Below are positions 23,966 through 32,000 of a DNA stretch of 32,000 nucleotides, one piece after another. This DNA is from Pseudodesulfovibrio piezophilus C1TLV30 (GTDB lineage: Bacteria > Desulfobacterota > Desulfovibrionia > Desulfovibrionales > Desulfovibrionaceae). Numbering within the stretch: position 1 is the stretch's first letter; the number at the start of each line of letters is the position of its first letter. The notes beneath the pieces are model-generated. The model saw nothing but the letters and a program-made list of their open reading frames with translations, did no database searches and was not told the origin of the DNA. Where the stretch lies: assembly GCF_000341895.1 (NCBI RefSeq), contig NC_020409.1, forward strand, positions 240,001 to 272,000, read 5' to 3'. The position numbers and the translations under genes are program-made.

Positions 23966-25600
23966 ATGAGTCTGCGTTTTACTGTTATCATATTTTTCTC
24001 TTTTCTGCTCCTCGCTGCCTGCGGTGAGAGTGGCCCGGCTACGCCTGTAAAACCGGTAATGCTGGCAGAGATTTCTGCTTCTCCTGAGTCTGGAGGCAAA
24101 TTCATTGAGGCATCCATTGGTGAGCCAAGTAATCTGATTCCCATACTTGCATCAGATAGCGCCTCTCATGACATCGCTTCTCAAATTTATGTCGGTCTAT
24201 TGAAATACGACAAGAATATCAACCTTGTTCCCTATGCTGCCGAGTCTTTTTCTGTGGAGAAAGGAGGAAAACTCATAAAATTCAAACTGCGTAAAGACAT
24301 CTTTTGGACCGATGGAGTTCAGTTAACAGCTGAAGATGTTGAATTTACCTATCGACTCACCATTGATCCAAAGACACCTACGCCGTATGCGACAAATTTT
24401 AAGGCAGTGAAAACTTTTCGCTTAACAGGTCGCTTCTCGTTTGAAGTTGAATATGAAGAGCCATATGCTAAAGCTTTGGTTTCATGGGCAACGGATATAT
24501 TACCCAAACATGTTCTTGAAGGGGAAGACCTTCTGAACACCAAGTATAGTCGTGAGCCTGTTGGTGCTGGCCCCTACCTACTCAAAAAATGGGAACCTGG
24601 AACACAAGTTATTTTAGAAGCAAACCCTCATTTTTTCGAAGGCCAGCCATATATTGAAACCGTTGTCTATCGTATAATTCCTGATCTCTCCACACAATTT
24701 CTTGAACTGAAAGCAGGCAATATTGATACGATGGGGCTGACGCCACTCCAGTATCTCTATCAGACATCCGGGCCTGGATGGGACAGAAGTTTCAATAAAT
24801 TTGAATTCCTTTCTTCCGGGTATACTTTTCTTGGCTTCAACATGAAACATCCTTTCTTTAAGGACGTACGGGTTCGGCAGGCAATCGACTATGCCATCGA
24901 CCGCAGGGAGATAGTGAAAGGGGTTCTTTACGGACTTGGAGAAGTTGCAAATGGCCCTTATAAACCAGGGACATGGCAATATGATAAAGATGTCAAGCCG
25001 AGACCTTATGATCCAGAAAAAGCTCGAAAACTTCTTGCTGATGCCGGATGGATTGATTCTGACGGAGACGGGATTCTGGACAAGGACGGCACGCCTTTTG
25101 CCTTTTCCATCATGACGAATCAAGGGAATACACAGCGTATCAAGACTGGTGTTATTTTACAGCAACGTCTTGGGGAAATCGGTATACTTGTTCATCTTCG
25201 AACCATTGAATGGGCTGCCTTCACAAAGGAATTTGTGAATAAGGGGCGCTTTGACGCGATTATTCTGGGATGGAACATCTTGCAGGATCCAGATATTTTC
25301 AGTGTCTGGCATTCCTCCATGGCGGTTGATGGGGGCTTGAATTTTACGCGTTATACCAACGCCAGACTTGATGACCTCCTTGTGCGAGGCCGAAAAATGG
25401 TCGGGCAGGAGCAAAGAAAGCCAATATATGATGAAGTGCAGCAAATTCTGCATGATGATGTTCCATATTGTTTTTTGTATGTGGCGAAAGCCTTGCCAAT
25501 CGTGCAAGCTCGTGTGCAGAATATAAAAGCGGCTCCGGCCGGCATTGCATATAATTTCACCAAGTGGTGGATTCCCACATCGTACCAGCTATTACAGTAA
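23966..25600 (+). CDS. ABC-transporter substrate-binding lipoprotein, family 5 (peptide/nickel, OppA/DppA-like); orphan
   Basis: The start is taken at M17 of the listed ORF (MSLRFTVIIFFSFLLLAAC, signal peptide plus lipobox, AGGA upstream). SBP_bac_5-type motifs are present throughout (FWTDG, GAGPY, LEANPHF, NQGN). No permease or ATPase genes are adjacent. Confidence 0.85.
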   Translation: MSLRFTVIIFFSFLLLAACGESGPATPVKPVMLAEISASPESGGKFIEASIGEPSNLIPILASDSASHDIASQIYVGLLKYDKNINLVPYAAESFSVEKGGKLIKFKLRKDIFWTDGVQLTAEDVEFTYRLTIDPKTPTPYATNFKAVKTFRLTGRFSFEVEYEEPYAKALVSWATDILPKHVLEGEDLLNTKYSREPVGAGPYLLKKWEPGTQVILEANPHFFEGQPYIETVVYRIIPDLSTQFLELKAGNIDTMGLTPLQYLYQTSGPGWDRSFNKFEFLSSGYTFLGFNMKHPFFKDVRVRQAIDYAIDRREIVKGVLYGLGEVANGPYKPGTWQYDKDVKPRPYDPEKARKLLADAGWIDSDGDGILDKDGTPFAFSIMTNQGNTQRIKTGVILQQRLGEIGILVHLRTIEWAAFTKEFVNKGRFDAIILGWNILQDPDIFSVWHSSMAVDGGLNFTRYTNARLDDLLVRGRKMVGQEQRKPIYDEVQQILHDDVPYCFLYVAKALPIVQARVQNIKAAPAGIAYNFTKWWIPTSYQLLQ

Positions 25601-25615
25601 CCCAAGTTAGGCCTC

Positions 25616-27790
25616 ATGATTCGCATTAATCAGATCACCGATAAGGTGTCTTCCTACATAGATCATCCCGATTTGGATCTCATCCAACGGGCGTATGTTT
25701 TTTCAGCTCAGGCCCACGATGGTGTCGTACGCCGTTCCGGTGAGCCATATATTTCACATCCCATGAACGTTGCCAATTTACTGGCTGACATGCAGCTTGA
25801 TGAGGCAACTGTTGCAGCAGGTCTTCTTCACGACACGGTGGAGGATACGGATACCACTGTCGATGAGATAGAAGAACTTTTTGGTTCGGATGTCGCTGAT
25901 ATTGTTGACGGCGTGACCAAAATCTCCAAGATGGATTTTGAATCCAAGGCTGTTCAGCAGGCAGAAAATATTCGTAAGCTTATTCTGGCTATGGCCGAGG
26001 ATATCCGAGTACTCATGGTGAAGCTTGCGGACAGACTGCACAACATGCGAACTCTGCAATACATGAAACCAGTCAAGCAGAGACTTATCGCCCAGGAGAC
26101 ACAGGATATTTATGCCCCCCTGGCAAATCGTCTGGGTTTGCACCGGGTTAAAACGGAATTGGAGGATTTGTGCCTCCGATATCTCAAACCTGATGTCTTC
26201 GAGCAGTTGACCGATGCCGTTTCAGAGCATCGAGCAGCCGGTGAGCCTTATATCGATAAAGTCATTGATCTGATTCAGAACATGCTCAATAAAAATAAAA
26301 TCAAAGGGCGTGTTTATGGGCGGACGAAGCATTTTCATTCAATCCATGTCAAAATGGAGCAACAGGGACTGACCTTTGATGAAATCTATGATTTGATTGC
26401 TTTTCGTATCATCGTTGATTCTCTCAAGGATTGCTACTCTGTTCTCGGCTTGATCCATGCTGCGTGGCGTCCTGTCCCCGGTCGTTTCAAGGACTATATA
26501 TCCATTCCGAAAGCTAATATGTATCAAAGTCTGCATTCAACTGTGATTGGTCCGGACGGAGAACGCATAGAGGTTCAAATTCGTACGGATGAGATGAACC
26601 AGATTGCAGAATATGGTGTGGCGGCTCATTGGCAATATAAAGAGGTTGGCAAGGGGATCAAAAAAGGGAAAACCGCTGGCACTCGGGACGCCGAACGGTA
26701 TACTTGGCTGAAGCAGATCATGGATTGGCAGCGGGAATTGTCAGACCCGCGAGAATTCATGTCCTCTTTGCGGCTGGAAATGTTTCAGGATGAAGTTTAT
26801 GTTTTTACTCCGAATGGTGATATCAAGGAGTTGCCGGATGGTGCCACGCCTGTTGATTTTGCCTATGCTATCCATTCGGAGGTCGGTGATATTTGTGCAG
26901 GTGCTAAAGTGAACGGAAGGATTGTTCCACTGCACAGTACATTGCAAAATGGCGATTCCGTAGAGATTATCACAGATAAGAACAGGGTTCCGAGCAGGGA
27001 TTGGCTTAAATTCGTCAAAACGGCAAAAGCTCGGACGCGCATCAAGCATTACATCAGAACCGTTGAGAAAGAACGGGCTATAGCCTTGGCCAAAGAGCTT
27101 CTGGAAAAAGAAGGTCGTCGTCTGGGGATTAATGTTCAAAAAGCCATCAAAGATGGGGATTTTCTCCATCTTTTGGATGAATTTAATAGCGGGAGTGTGG
27201 ATGAGTTGCTCACGCAGGTTGGCTTTTCCCGATATACACCTCGCAAAGTTCTTAAACGTCTCTATGCTATTATGCACGGAGAAGCCCTGGATTTACGGAA
27301 GCCAAAGATCAAGGAGCATGCCCCTCAATCGGAAACGCAAAAGAAGCCTAAAGGGGATGGCCTTCAGATCTCGGGTATCGATAATATTTTAGTTCGCTTT
27401 GCCAGTTGCTGCAATCCTCTTCCAGGTGAACCTATCATCGGCTATATTACTCGCGGCAGGGGCGTCACTATTCATCGGATTGATTGTCATAATGTCAAAC
27501 ATTTTGAAGATGAACGGCTGACTCAGGTCAGTTGGGAAGGGGTCGAGGAAAAACCATACCCAACAAAAATCAAGGTCAAATGTCTTAACAAGCCGGGGAT
27601 GCTTGGTAAGATCTGTTCTATGCTGGCAGAGTCTGATGTAAATATTGATTCAGGGAGATTTGAATCAATGGTTGATGGGACTTCAGAATTGGAGTTCACC
27701 GTTGAAGTCCGAGATTTGAATCAGCTGTATTCTGCATTGACCAAGGTCAAGGCACTGAAAGCCGTTCGTGAAGCACTTCGTGTTTCCTGA
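25616..27790 (+). CDS. spoT: Bifunctional (p)ppGpp synthetase/hydrolase (long RSH, Rel/SpoT)
   Basis: 724 aa. Intact HD hydrolase motifs (HPMNVANLL...LLHDTVEDT), synthetase domain (FRIIVDS...YSVLGLIHAAWRPVPGRFKDYISIPKANMYQSLHSTV, EVQIRT), a TGS domain (VFTPNGDIKELPDGATPVDFAY) and a C-terminal ACT/RRM domain. Confidence 0.92.
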   Translation: MIRINQITDKVSSYIDHPDLDLIQRAYVFSAQAHDGVVRRSGEPYISHPMNVANLLADMQLDEATVAAGLLHDTVEDTDTTVDEIEELFGSDVADIVDGVTKISKMDFESKAVQQAENIRKLILAMAEDIRVLMVKLADRLHNMRTLQYMKPVKQRLIAQETQDIYAPLANRLGLHRVKTELEDLCLRYLKPDVFEQLTDAVSEHRAAGEPYIDKVIDLIQNMLNKNKIKGRVYGRTKHFHSIHVKMEQQGLTFDEIYDLIAFRIIVDSLKDCYSVLGLIHAAWRPVPGRFKDYISIPKANMYQSLHSTVIGPDGERIEVQIRTDEMNQIAEYGVAAHWQYKEVGKGIKKGKTAGTRDAERYTWLKQIMDWQRELSDPREFMSSLRLEMFQDEVYVFTPNGDIKELPDGATPVDFAYAIHSEVGDICAGAKVNGRIVPLHSTLQNGDSVEIITDKNRVPSRDWLKFVKTAKARTRIKHYIRTVEKERAIALAKELLEKEGRRLGINVQKAIKDGDFLHLLDEFNSGSVDELLTQVGFSRYTPRKVLKRLYAIMHGEALDLRKPKIKEHAPQSETQKKPKGDGLQISGIDNILVRFASCCNPLPGEPIIGYITRGRGVTIHRIDCHNVKHFEDERLTQVSWEGVEEKPYPTKIKVKCLNKPGMLGKICSMLAESDVNIDSGRFESMVDGTSELEFTVEVRDLNQLYSALTKVKALKAVREALRVS

Positions 27791-27833
27791 TTCGTTTTTT
27801 ATTCGTTAGCTAAGAAAAGAGCTTTGACTGTCT

Positions 27834-28496
27834 CTATTGAAAGTGTGTCTTGACCGAAGGTTTTAAACCATTTTCAGGTAGACTGAGTTGTGGGAGCATG
27901 GCGCGTATGTTGTTGGTTATAGGGATTGTCCAATTATGTCCTGCGATGATAGCGTGATCATCAAGACGGGTTATTTTTGCATTGACGTATATATAACTGT
28001 CTCCCAGGACATAATACCCAGTAAGCTTTCCTGAACGAGGTGGAAGAGTTGCGACTGTACCTTTGATCGGGTCCGTGTACATTTCTTTTGTTGTACCGTG
28101 TGGGAGAAAGTATTCGTGGGCTTCCGGAGTGCCAGCGGAGATGACGATACCACGCTGAACGAGGCGGTCAGCTACTTGTTCGGTGACAATACCGCCAAAG
28201 ATTGAGGTGTCGGCGGGGTTGTTACGATTTGTAAAAGTTTCTACATAGACAGGCGAATGAGCGGCCAGTTCCCTATGGTTGGTATTCGAATACAGAACAT
28301 CTGCGGCTGCATAGTTTATCTCAATAATCGGAATTTCTTCTTGATGATGAAACGATCGAGCCGTGGGAGTCGAATCAAAGACATAATCATAGGTGTTGCC
28401 GACTGTGTCCTTGGTGTCTTCCCAAAAGCGATTGCCACAGCCGGACGTCATGATAATTATGGCAAAAAGTATACTTAAGAGTGCCGCTCTGTTCAT
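27834..28496 (-). CDS. Lipoprotein, tentatively FlgO-family
   Basis: 220 aa with a signal peptide and lipobox (MTSG-C). The central segment PVYVETFTNRNNPADTSIFGGIVTEQVADRLVQRGIVI and the C-terminal LTGYYVLGDSYIYVNAKITRLDDHAIIAG resemble the FlgO outer-membrane lipoprotein pattern as I remember it. This has not been verified by search. Confidence 0.5.
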   Translation of the reverse strand: MNRAALLSILFAIIIMTSGCGNRFWEDTKDTVGNTYDYVFDSTPTARSFHHQEEIPIIEINYAAADVLYSNTNHRELAAHSPVYVETFTNRNNPADTSIFGGIVTEQVADRLVQRGIVISAGTPEAHEYFLPHGTTKEMYTDPIKGTVATLPPRSGKLTGYYVLGDSYIYVNAKITRLDDHAIIAGHNWTIPITNNIRAMLPQLSLPENGLKPSVKTHFQ

Positions 28497-28560
28497 CCGG
28501 TCCCGTCCTATTTCTCGGTTTCGAAGGTTACAATCTCAATAAAATTGTCAGTGTTACTGT

Positions 28561-29400
28561 TTATTCGGTAATTTCATGTATTTCCTTTAGGATCGCGCAG
28601 ATAAGTTTTGTCATTGCTCCTGAAGATTGTTCGGCTTGGCTTATAACCTGTTCCAAAGGAGCTGCCTTCATGCAGTCCGGCAAATTTTTATTTGTCAGGC
28701 AGGAGATAGCTAGTACTCGAATGCCCATATGATGCGCAGCGATGGCTTCCATGCATGTTGACATGCCTATGGCATCGGCTCCGAGGTTTCGGTACATTCT
28801 TGTTTCTGCCGGAGTCTCCATATTAGGTCCCATAATCTGCATGAATACACCATGTTCTATGTGAATACCAAGTTCAAGGGCCTTGTCTTTCGCTATTTTT
28901 CGAAATTGCTTGTCATAAACTAAACACATGTCGGGGAACCTTTTCCCCCAGTTGTCCTCATTTTTTCCGCGCAATGGAGTTGTGCCCGTCAGGTTGATAT
29001 GGTCTTCGACCAGCATGGGAGAGCCTGTAAGAAAGGAAGGATTGAGAGCCCCGGCTGCATTTGTCAATATAAGCTTTTTGATACCAAGTTCTCCGAGGGT
29101 TCGGATCCCGTGAACGACTTGTCGAGCATCAAGGCCTTCGTAAAGGTGGAATCGTCCATGTAAGGCCAGAATGGGAATAGAGCTGATGGTTCCCTGTATC
29201 AGTTGACCTGCATGGCTTTTCACTGTGGAAACCGGAAATTCTGGAATGACATCATAGGAGAGACTTGTGGGGTTTTCGATTGCATCCGTCAATTTCCCTA
29301 ACCCGGTTCCTGTCATGAGCGCGACAGTTCCGTCTTGAATTTTGCCTAGATTTTCTTGTATATATGCGGCAGAGTGTTGTATCTTCTTGATGTATTTCAC
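28561..29400 (-). CDS. Purine nucleoside phosphorylase (trimeric PNP/MTAP family, PunA-like)
   Basis: 279 aa. Motifs GTGLG, STVKSHAGQL..G...P....GRFHLYEG, LTNAAGALNP, GPNMETPAE and GADAIGMSTCMEAIAA are PNP family-2 signatures. Confidence 0.85.
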   Translation of the reverse strand: MKYIKKIQHSAAYIQENLGKIQDGTVALMTGTGLGKLTDAIENPTSLSYDVIPEFPVSTVKSHAGQLIQGTISSIPILALHGRFHLYEGLDARQVVHGIRTLGELGIKKLILTNAAGALNPSFLTGSPMLVEDHINLTGTTPLRGKNEDNWGKRFPDMCLVYDKQFRKIAKDKALELGIHIEHGVFMQIMGPNMETPAETRMYRNLGADAIGMSTCMEAIAAHHMGIRVLAISCLTNKNLPDCMKAAPLEQVISQAEQSSGAMTKLICAILKEIHEITE

Positions 29401-29489
29401 GTGGACTCCTGAGATTGAAGCATCTGTTTGAGTGCTTTATGAACGTTTTCCTGGAATAGTCCTGATAGAACCAAGGATAGGCTCTTTTT

Positions 29490-30242
29490 ATGGATATTGT
29501 AACGCTTCTCGGTCTTGCTGTTGGATTATCTCTTATTGTAGGTGCGATCATCATTGGTGGCGCTGTCGATGTTTTTGTTAATATTCCCGGTATGATGATA
29601 GTTGTAGGTGGAACAATTGCCTCCATCATGGTCGCTTTTCCGTTTGAAGAGGTCATACAAGCCTTTACTGCTGCATTCAAGATGTTCGTTCAGCGGAAAA
29701 CAAAGGTTCGTGATGTGGTCAATATCATGGTTAAAGTTGCTGAAATCAGCCGCCGGGAAGGGCTTGTCGCTTTGGAAAATGTACAGACCGAAAATATGGT
29801 TCTCAAAAAATCATGCCAGCTTATCGCTGATAATGCTGACCCCGAAATAATACGGACGACGCTTGCAATTGAGATCAATTCCATGCGGCGGCGTCATCAA
29901 GTGGGGCAGGATGTTTTCAAACGATTGGCGGCTCTCTCTCCTGCATTCGGAATGATGGGAACATTGATCGGACTTGTTCAAATGCTATCACAATTGAACG
30001 ATCCAAAGACCATTGGACCAGCAATGGCTGTGGCTTTGCTCACGACTTTTTATGGGAGCGCTATGTCGACATTGTTTTTCATCCCCATCGCCGCAAAGCT
30101 CAAGGCAAGAACGCTTCAGGAACAATTGCATCTTGAGGTTATTTTTGAGGGAGCGAAATCAATTCTTGAAAACAATAATCCCCGTCTGGTATATGAAAAA
30201 CTGTCATCCTTTTTGGCGCCGAATGAACGAGAGGCCAGATAA
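29490..30242 (+). CDS. motA: Flagellar stator protein MotA/PomA (MotA/TolQ/ExbB channel family)
   Basis: 250 aa (PomA-like size) with four TM segments and the conserved C-terminal channel region SPAFGMMGTLIGLVQML...GPAMAVALLTTFYG. Confidence 0.85.
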   Translation: MDIVTLLGLAVGLSLIVGAIIIGGAVDVFVNIPGMMIVVGGTIASIMVAFPFEEVIQAFTAAFKMFVQRKTKVRDVVNIMVKVAEISRREGLVALENVQTENMVLKKSCQLIADNADPEIIRTTLAIEINSMRRRHQVGQDVFKRLAALSPAFGMMGTLIGLVQMLSQLNDPKTIGPAMAVALLTTFYGSAMSTLFFIPIAAKLKARTLQEQLHLEVIFEGAKSILENNNPRLVYEKLSSFLAPNEREAR

Positions 30243-30986
30243 ATGAGTGATCGGTACGATGATGCTTTTGATCCTCCAGTAGAGGAAGAGGAAGAAAGTT
30301 CTGAATGGCTCACGACTTTTGCGGATCTTTCAATGCTGCTTCTTGTCTTTTTTGTCCTTCTTTATTCCATGTCCACGTTGGATACTGAAAAATTTTCTCG
30401 AACGTTTTCTTCTGTGACACAAGCTCTTCAGGGCAAGCTGGATAAGATTTCCACCAGCAAAATATCTCAGGAAGAAGCCGGGGTACTGATTGACCAAGCC
30501 CTCATGCGGCGGCAAATAATTGAATCACAGCGTAAAGTTTTTGCCGAGGTAAAAACGCTTCAGACAAAAAAAGGTGTTGAAGGCGTTGTTTCTGCCAATT
30601 TTGAGGATGGTGTAATCACGCTACGAGTTCCGGGGGATATTATGTTTCGTTCGGGACAGATTGATCTCTCGCCAAAGGGGGCATTGGTGGTGAGAGAACT
30701 CAAAAATTTCTTCATTCAACACAAGGATCAGACCATCAAAATTATCGGGTATACCGACAACAGTCGTCCATCATCAAGGTCTCGTTTCAAAGATAATTGG
30801 GAAATCTCAGCGCTGAGAGCTGTCAGTGTTTTGCGCGAATTACTCAAAATGGGCATCGAATCTACCCGGTTGACTGCCACAGGACTGGCCTATCTCAATC
30901 CTATCTATCCGAATACGACAGACGATTATCGAGCAAAAAACAGACGAGTTGAGTTCGTGCTTGAAAAACGTGTCATGGGCCAGTAA
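30243..30986 (+). CDS. motB: Flagellar stator protein MotB/PomB (OmpA-like peptidoglycan-binding C-domain)
   Basis: 247 aa. The start abuts the motA stop (TAAATG). It has a single TM segment carrying the conserved Asp (TTFADLSMLLLVFFVLL) and an OmpA-like domain (GYTDN...NWEISALRAVSVLR...NRRVEFVL). Confidence 0.85.
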   Translation: MSDRYDDAFDPPVEEEEESSEWLTTFADLSMLLLVFFVLLYSMSTLDTEKFSRTFSSVTQALQGKLDKISTSKISQEEAGVLIDQALMRRQIIESQRKVFAEVKTLQTKKGVEGVVSANFEDGVITLRVPGDIMFRSGQIDLSPKGALVVRELKNFFIQHKDQTIKIIGYTDNSRPSSRSRFKDNWEISALRAVSVLRELLKMGIESTRLTATGLAYLNPIYPNTTDDYRAKNRRVEFVLEKRVMGQ

Positions 30987-31031
30987 GGTTCCTATGCGGG
31001 TGTAAGATTATTATCATTATTGAGGGTAGTT

Positions 31032-31415
31032 ATGGGATTCGATATCGAAATGTCCACAGGTGGTGACGACCATCTTAGAAAAGCTTTCAGAACACGGGTT
31101 CCTGGGCTGAGCGTACAATTCCCCGCCTTGGACAAAAGTTTTGAGGTCAAAGACCTGAGCGCGACAGGTTTTGCCGTGCTGGATTTGGATAAGGGATTCA
31201 AAGAAGGACAATTTACGGATTGTGAGTTGTTGATCAATGACAAGTTGTTTCTTAAGAGACTCAATGCTGAAGTGATGCGTGTCCTTGACAACGGGATTGT
31301 TGGGATCAATTTTGTTGATTTGAGCCGGCAGCAACAGTCAAGGCTCGACAAGCTTGTTTTGGAAGTCCAAAAGAGGCTTATAGAGTTGCGTAAAAAGCAA
31401 CGCGAACAAGAATAG
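31032..31415 (+). CDS. Single-domain PilZ c-di-GMP receptor
   Basis: Both halves of the PilZ binding signature are present: RKAFR (RxxxR) and DLSATG (D/NxSxxG) about 25 aa later. The ATG at 31032 is preceded by GAGGG; the track's TTG at 31020 is less likely. The gene lies 45 nt downstream of motB. Confidence 0.75.
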   Translation: MGFDIEMSTGGDDHLRKAFRTRVPGLSVQFPALDKSFEVKDLSATGFAVLDLDKGFKEGQFTDCELLINDKLFLKRLNAEVMRVLDNGIVGINFVDLSRQQQSRLDKLVLEVQKRLIELRKKQREQE

Positions 31416-31427
31416 CCAGGACATCCA

Positions 31428-32000
31428 ATGACAATTGACCAACATAAGGTCCTTATAGCCAACAGGGGTGAGATTGCCATGCGCGTTATGCGTGCATGTA
31501 CACAGCTCAACCTGGATTTTGTTTGTGTATATACGCAGGAAGACCGGGATTCCGCACATGTCCATTTGGCACGGGAACTGGCTGGAGAGGGGGGCGTCTA
31601 CAAAATAATTTCCTATCTGGATGCCAATGAACTCTTTGCTGTGGCAGATGATGCCGGGGCTACAGCTCTGCATCCCGGCTATGGTTTTTTTGCTGAAGAT
31701 TTTCGTTTTGCTCGGCGAGTTGTGCGGCGAGACAGGCCGATGGAATTTATTGGTCCTTCCTGGTGGGTTATTCGAGATTTGGGTGACAAGATCAACACCA
31801 AACGCATCGCCAGAAGTCTTGATGTCCCAACGGTACCAGGTTCTGACAGGCCCGTTTATAGTGAGGTTGAAGCTGAGGAAATAGCGGCCAGCCTTTTTGA
31901 GTTTCAGGCCACACAGGGAGTTATTGATGGCGTCATCATGGTCAAGGCGTCGGCTGGTGGCGGGGGAATGGGGATTGAAGAGGTCGGGAGCTTTGAAGAG
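31428..32000 (+). CDS. Biotin carboxylase domain (N-terminal part of pyruvate carboxylase or acetyl-CoA carboxylase); 3' end lies outside the window
   Basis: This ORF is not in the supplied track because it has no stop inside the window. I translated it by hand: MTIDQHKVLIANRGEIAMRVMRAC...ALHPGYGFFAEDFRFA...GDKINTKRIA...MVKASAGGGGMGIEEV. It shows the canonical biotin-carboxylase N-domain and ATP-grasp glycine loop, and the frame stays open to base 32000. Confidence 0.85.
   Translation, partial: MTIDQHKVLIANRGEIAMRVMRACTQLNLDFVCVYTQEDRDSAHVHLARELAGEGGVYKIISYLDANELFAVADDAGATALHPGYGFFAEDFRFARRVVRRDRPMEFIGPSWWVIRDLGDKINTKRIARSLDVPTVPGSDRPVYSEVEAEEIAASLFEFQATQGVIDGVIMVKASAGGGGMGIEEVGSFEE

Noticed and set aside
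23776-24144. 122-aa minus-strand ORF (or a 71-aa version from the ATG at 23991) ending 3 nt before the SNF2 start, with several Cys residues
   Set aside because: It overlaps the well-supported start (signal peptide and lipobox) of the divergent binding-protein gene at 23966, occupies what should be the divergent promoter region, and has no recognisable motif. The stop/start proximity to the SNF2 gene is explained by the SNF2 ribosome-binding site. A shorter micro-ORF cannot be excluded without ribosome profiling.
29440-29470. Sigma-54 or sigma-28-like promoter upstream of motA (CTGGAATAGTCCTGATAG)
   Set aside because: It has neither a proper -12 GC element nor a TAAA-N15-GCCGATAA arrangement. 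The similarity is superficial.
20563-30986. Zorya-like interpretation (MotA/MotB-like channel plus SNF2-type helicase)
   Set aside because: MotA here is 250 aa with standard PomA architecture, and from memory ZorA is far larger with a long cytoplasmic tail. The SNF2 gene is about 6 kb away on the opposite strand, with binding-protein, rel, lipoprotein and PNP genes in between. No ZorC/ZorD-like partners are present.
1-32000. Search for CRISPR repeats, tRNA/rRNA genes, IS elements, integrases and toxin-antitoxin pairs
   Set aside because: I saw no regularly spaced direct repeats, no tRNA-like GTTCGAATC T-arm motifs in intergenic regions, no transposase/integrase/reverse-transcriptase motifs in any of the listed ORFs, and no small two-gene cassettes.

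Overview
This window looks like ordinary chromosomal backbone from an anaerobic, Desulfovibrio-like (sulfate-reducer-type) bacterium; the taxon is an inference from gene content only. It holds 27 densely packed protein genes. I saw no rRNA, tRNA, CRISPR array, transposase, integrase or prophage signature.

Gene order, left to right:
- dGTPase-family C-terminal fragment and a YgdI/YgdR-type lipoprotein.
- A tightly coupled minus-strand operon: aminotransferase, hom, ApgM-like protein (probable non-canonical homoserine kinase), YbgC thioesterase, amidohydrolase.
- ilvE.
- dnaX-ybaB-recR-recD2.
- Ferritin and a two-subunit 2-oxoacid:ferredoxin oxidoreductase.
- ettA.
- A four-module c-di-GMP protein (degenerate GGDEF, EAL, CBS pair, GGDEF with a GGDDF motif).
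- An uncharacterised 8-TM membrane protein and a 1070-aa SWIM/SNF2 helicase.
- An orphan family-5 solute-binding lipoprotein 15 nt upstream of a bifunctional rel/spoT.
- An FlgO-like lipoprotein and a purine nucleoside phosphorylase.
- motA-motB-pilZ, then the 5' end of a biotin carboxylase (pyruvate/acetyl-CoA carboxylase).

I do not see a convincing accessory island or a clear new multi-gene system. The best candidates for follow-up are:
- the composite c-di-GMP enzyme;
- the SWIM/SNF2 helicase with its neighbouring family-less membrane protein, together with a 14-nt motif shared by two nearby upstream regions;
- a 58-nt loop-less perfect palindrome;
- the orphan binding protein coupled to rel;
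- the stator-linked PilZ protein.

All functional calls come from motif recognition by eye in the supplied translations. No database search was run.
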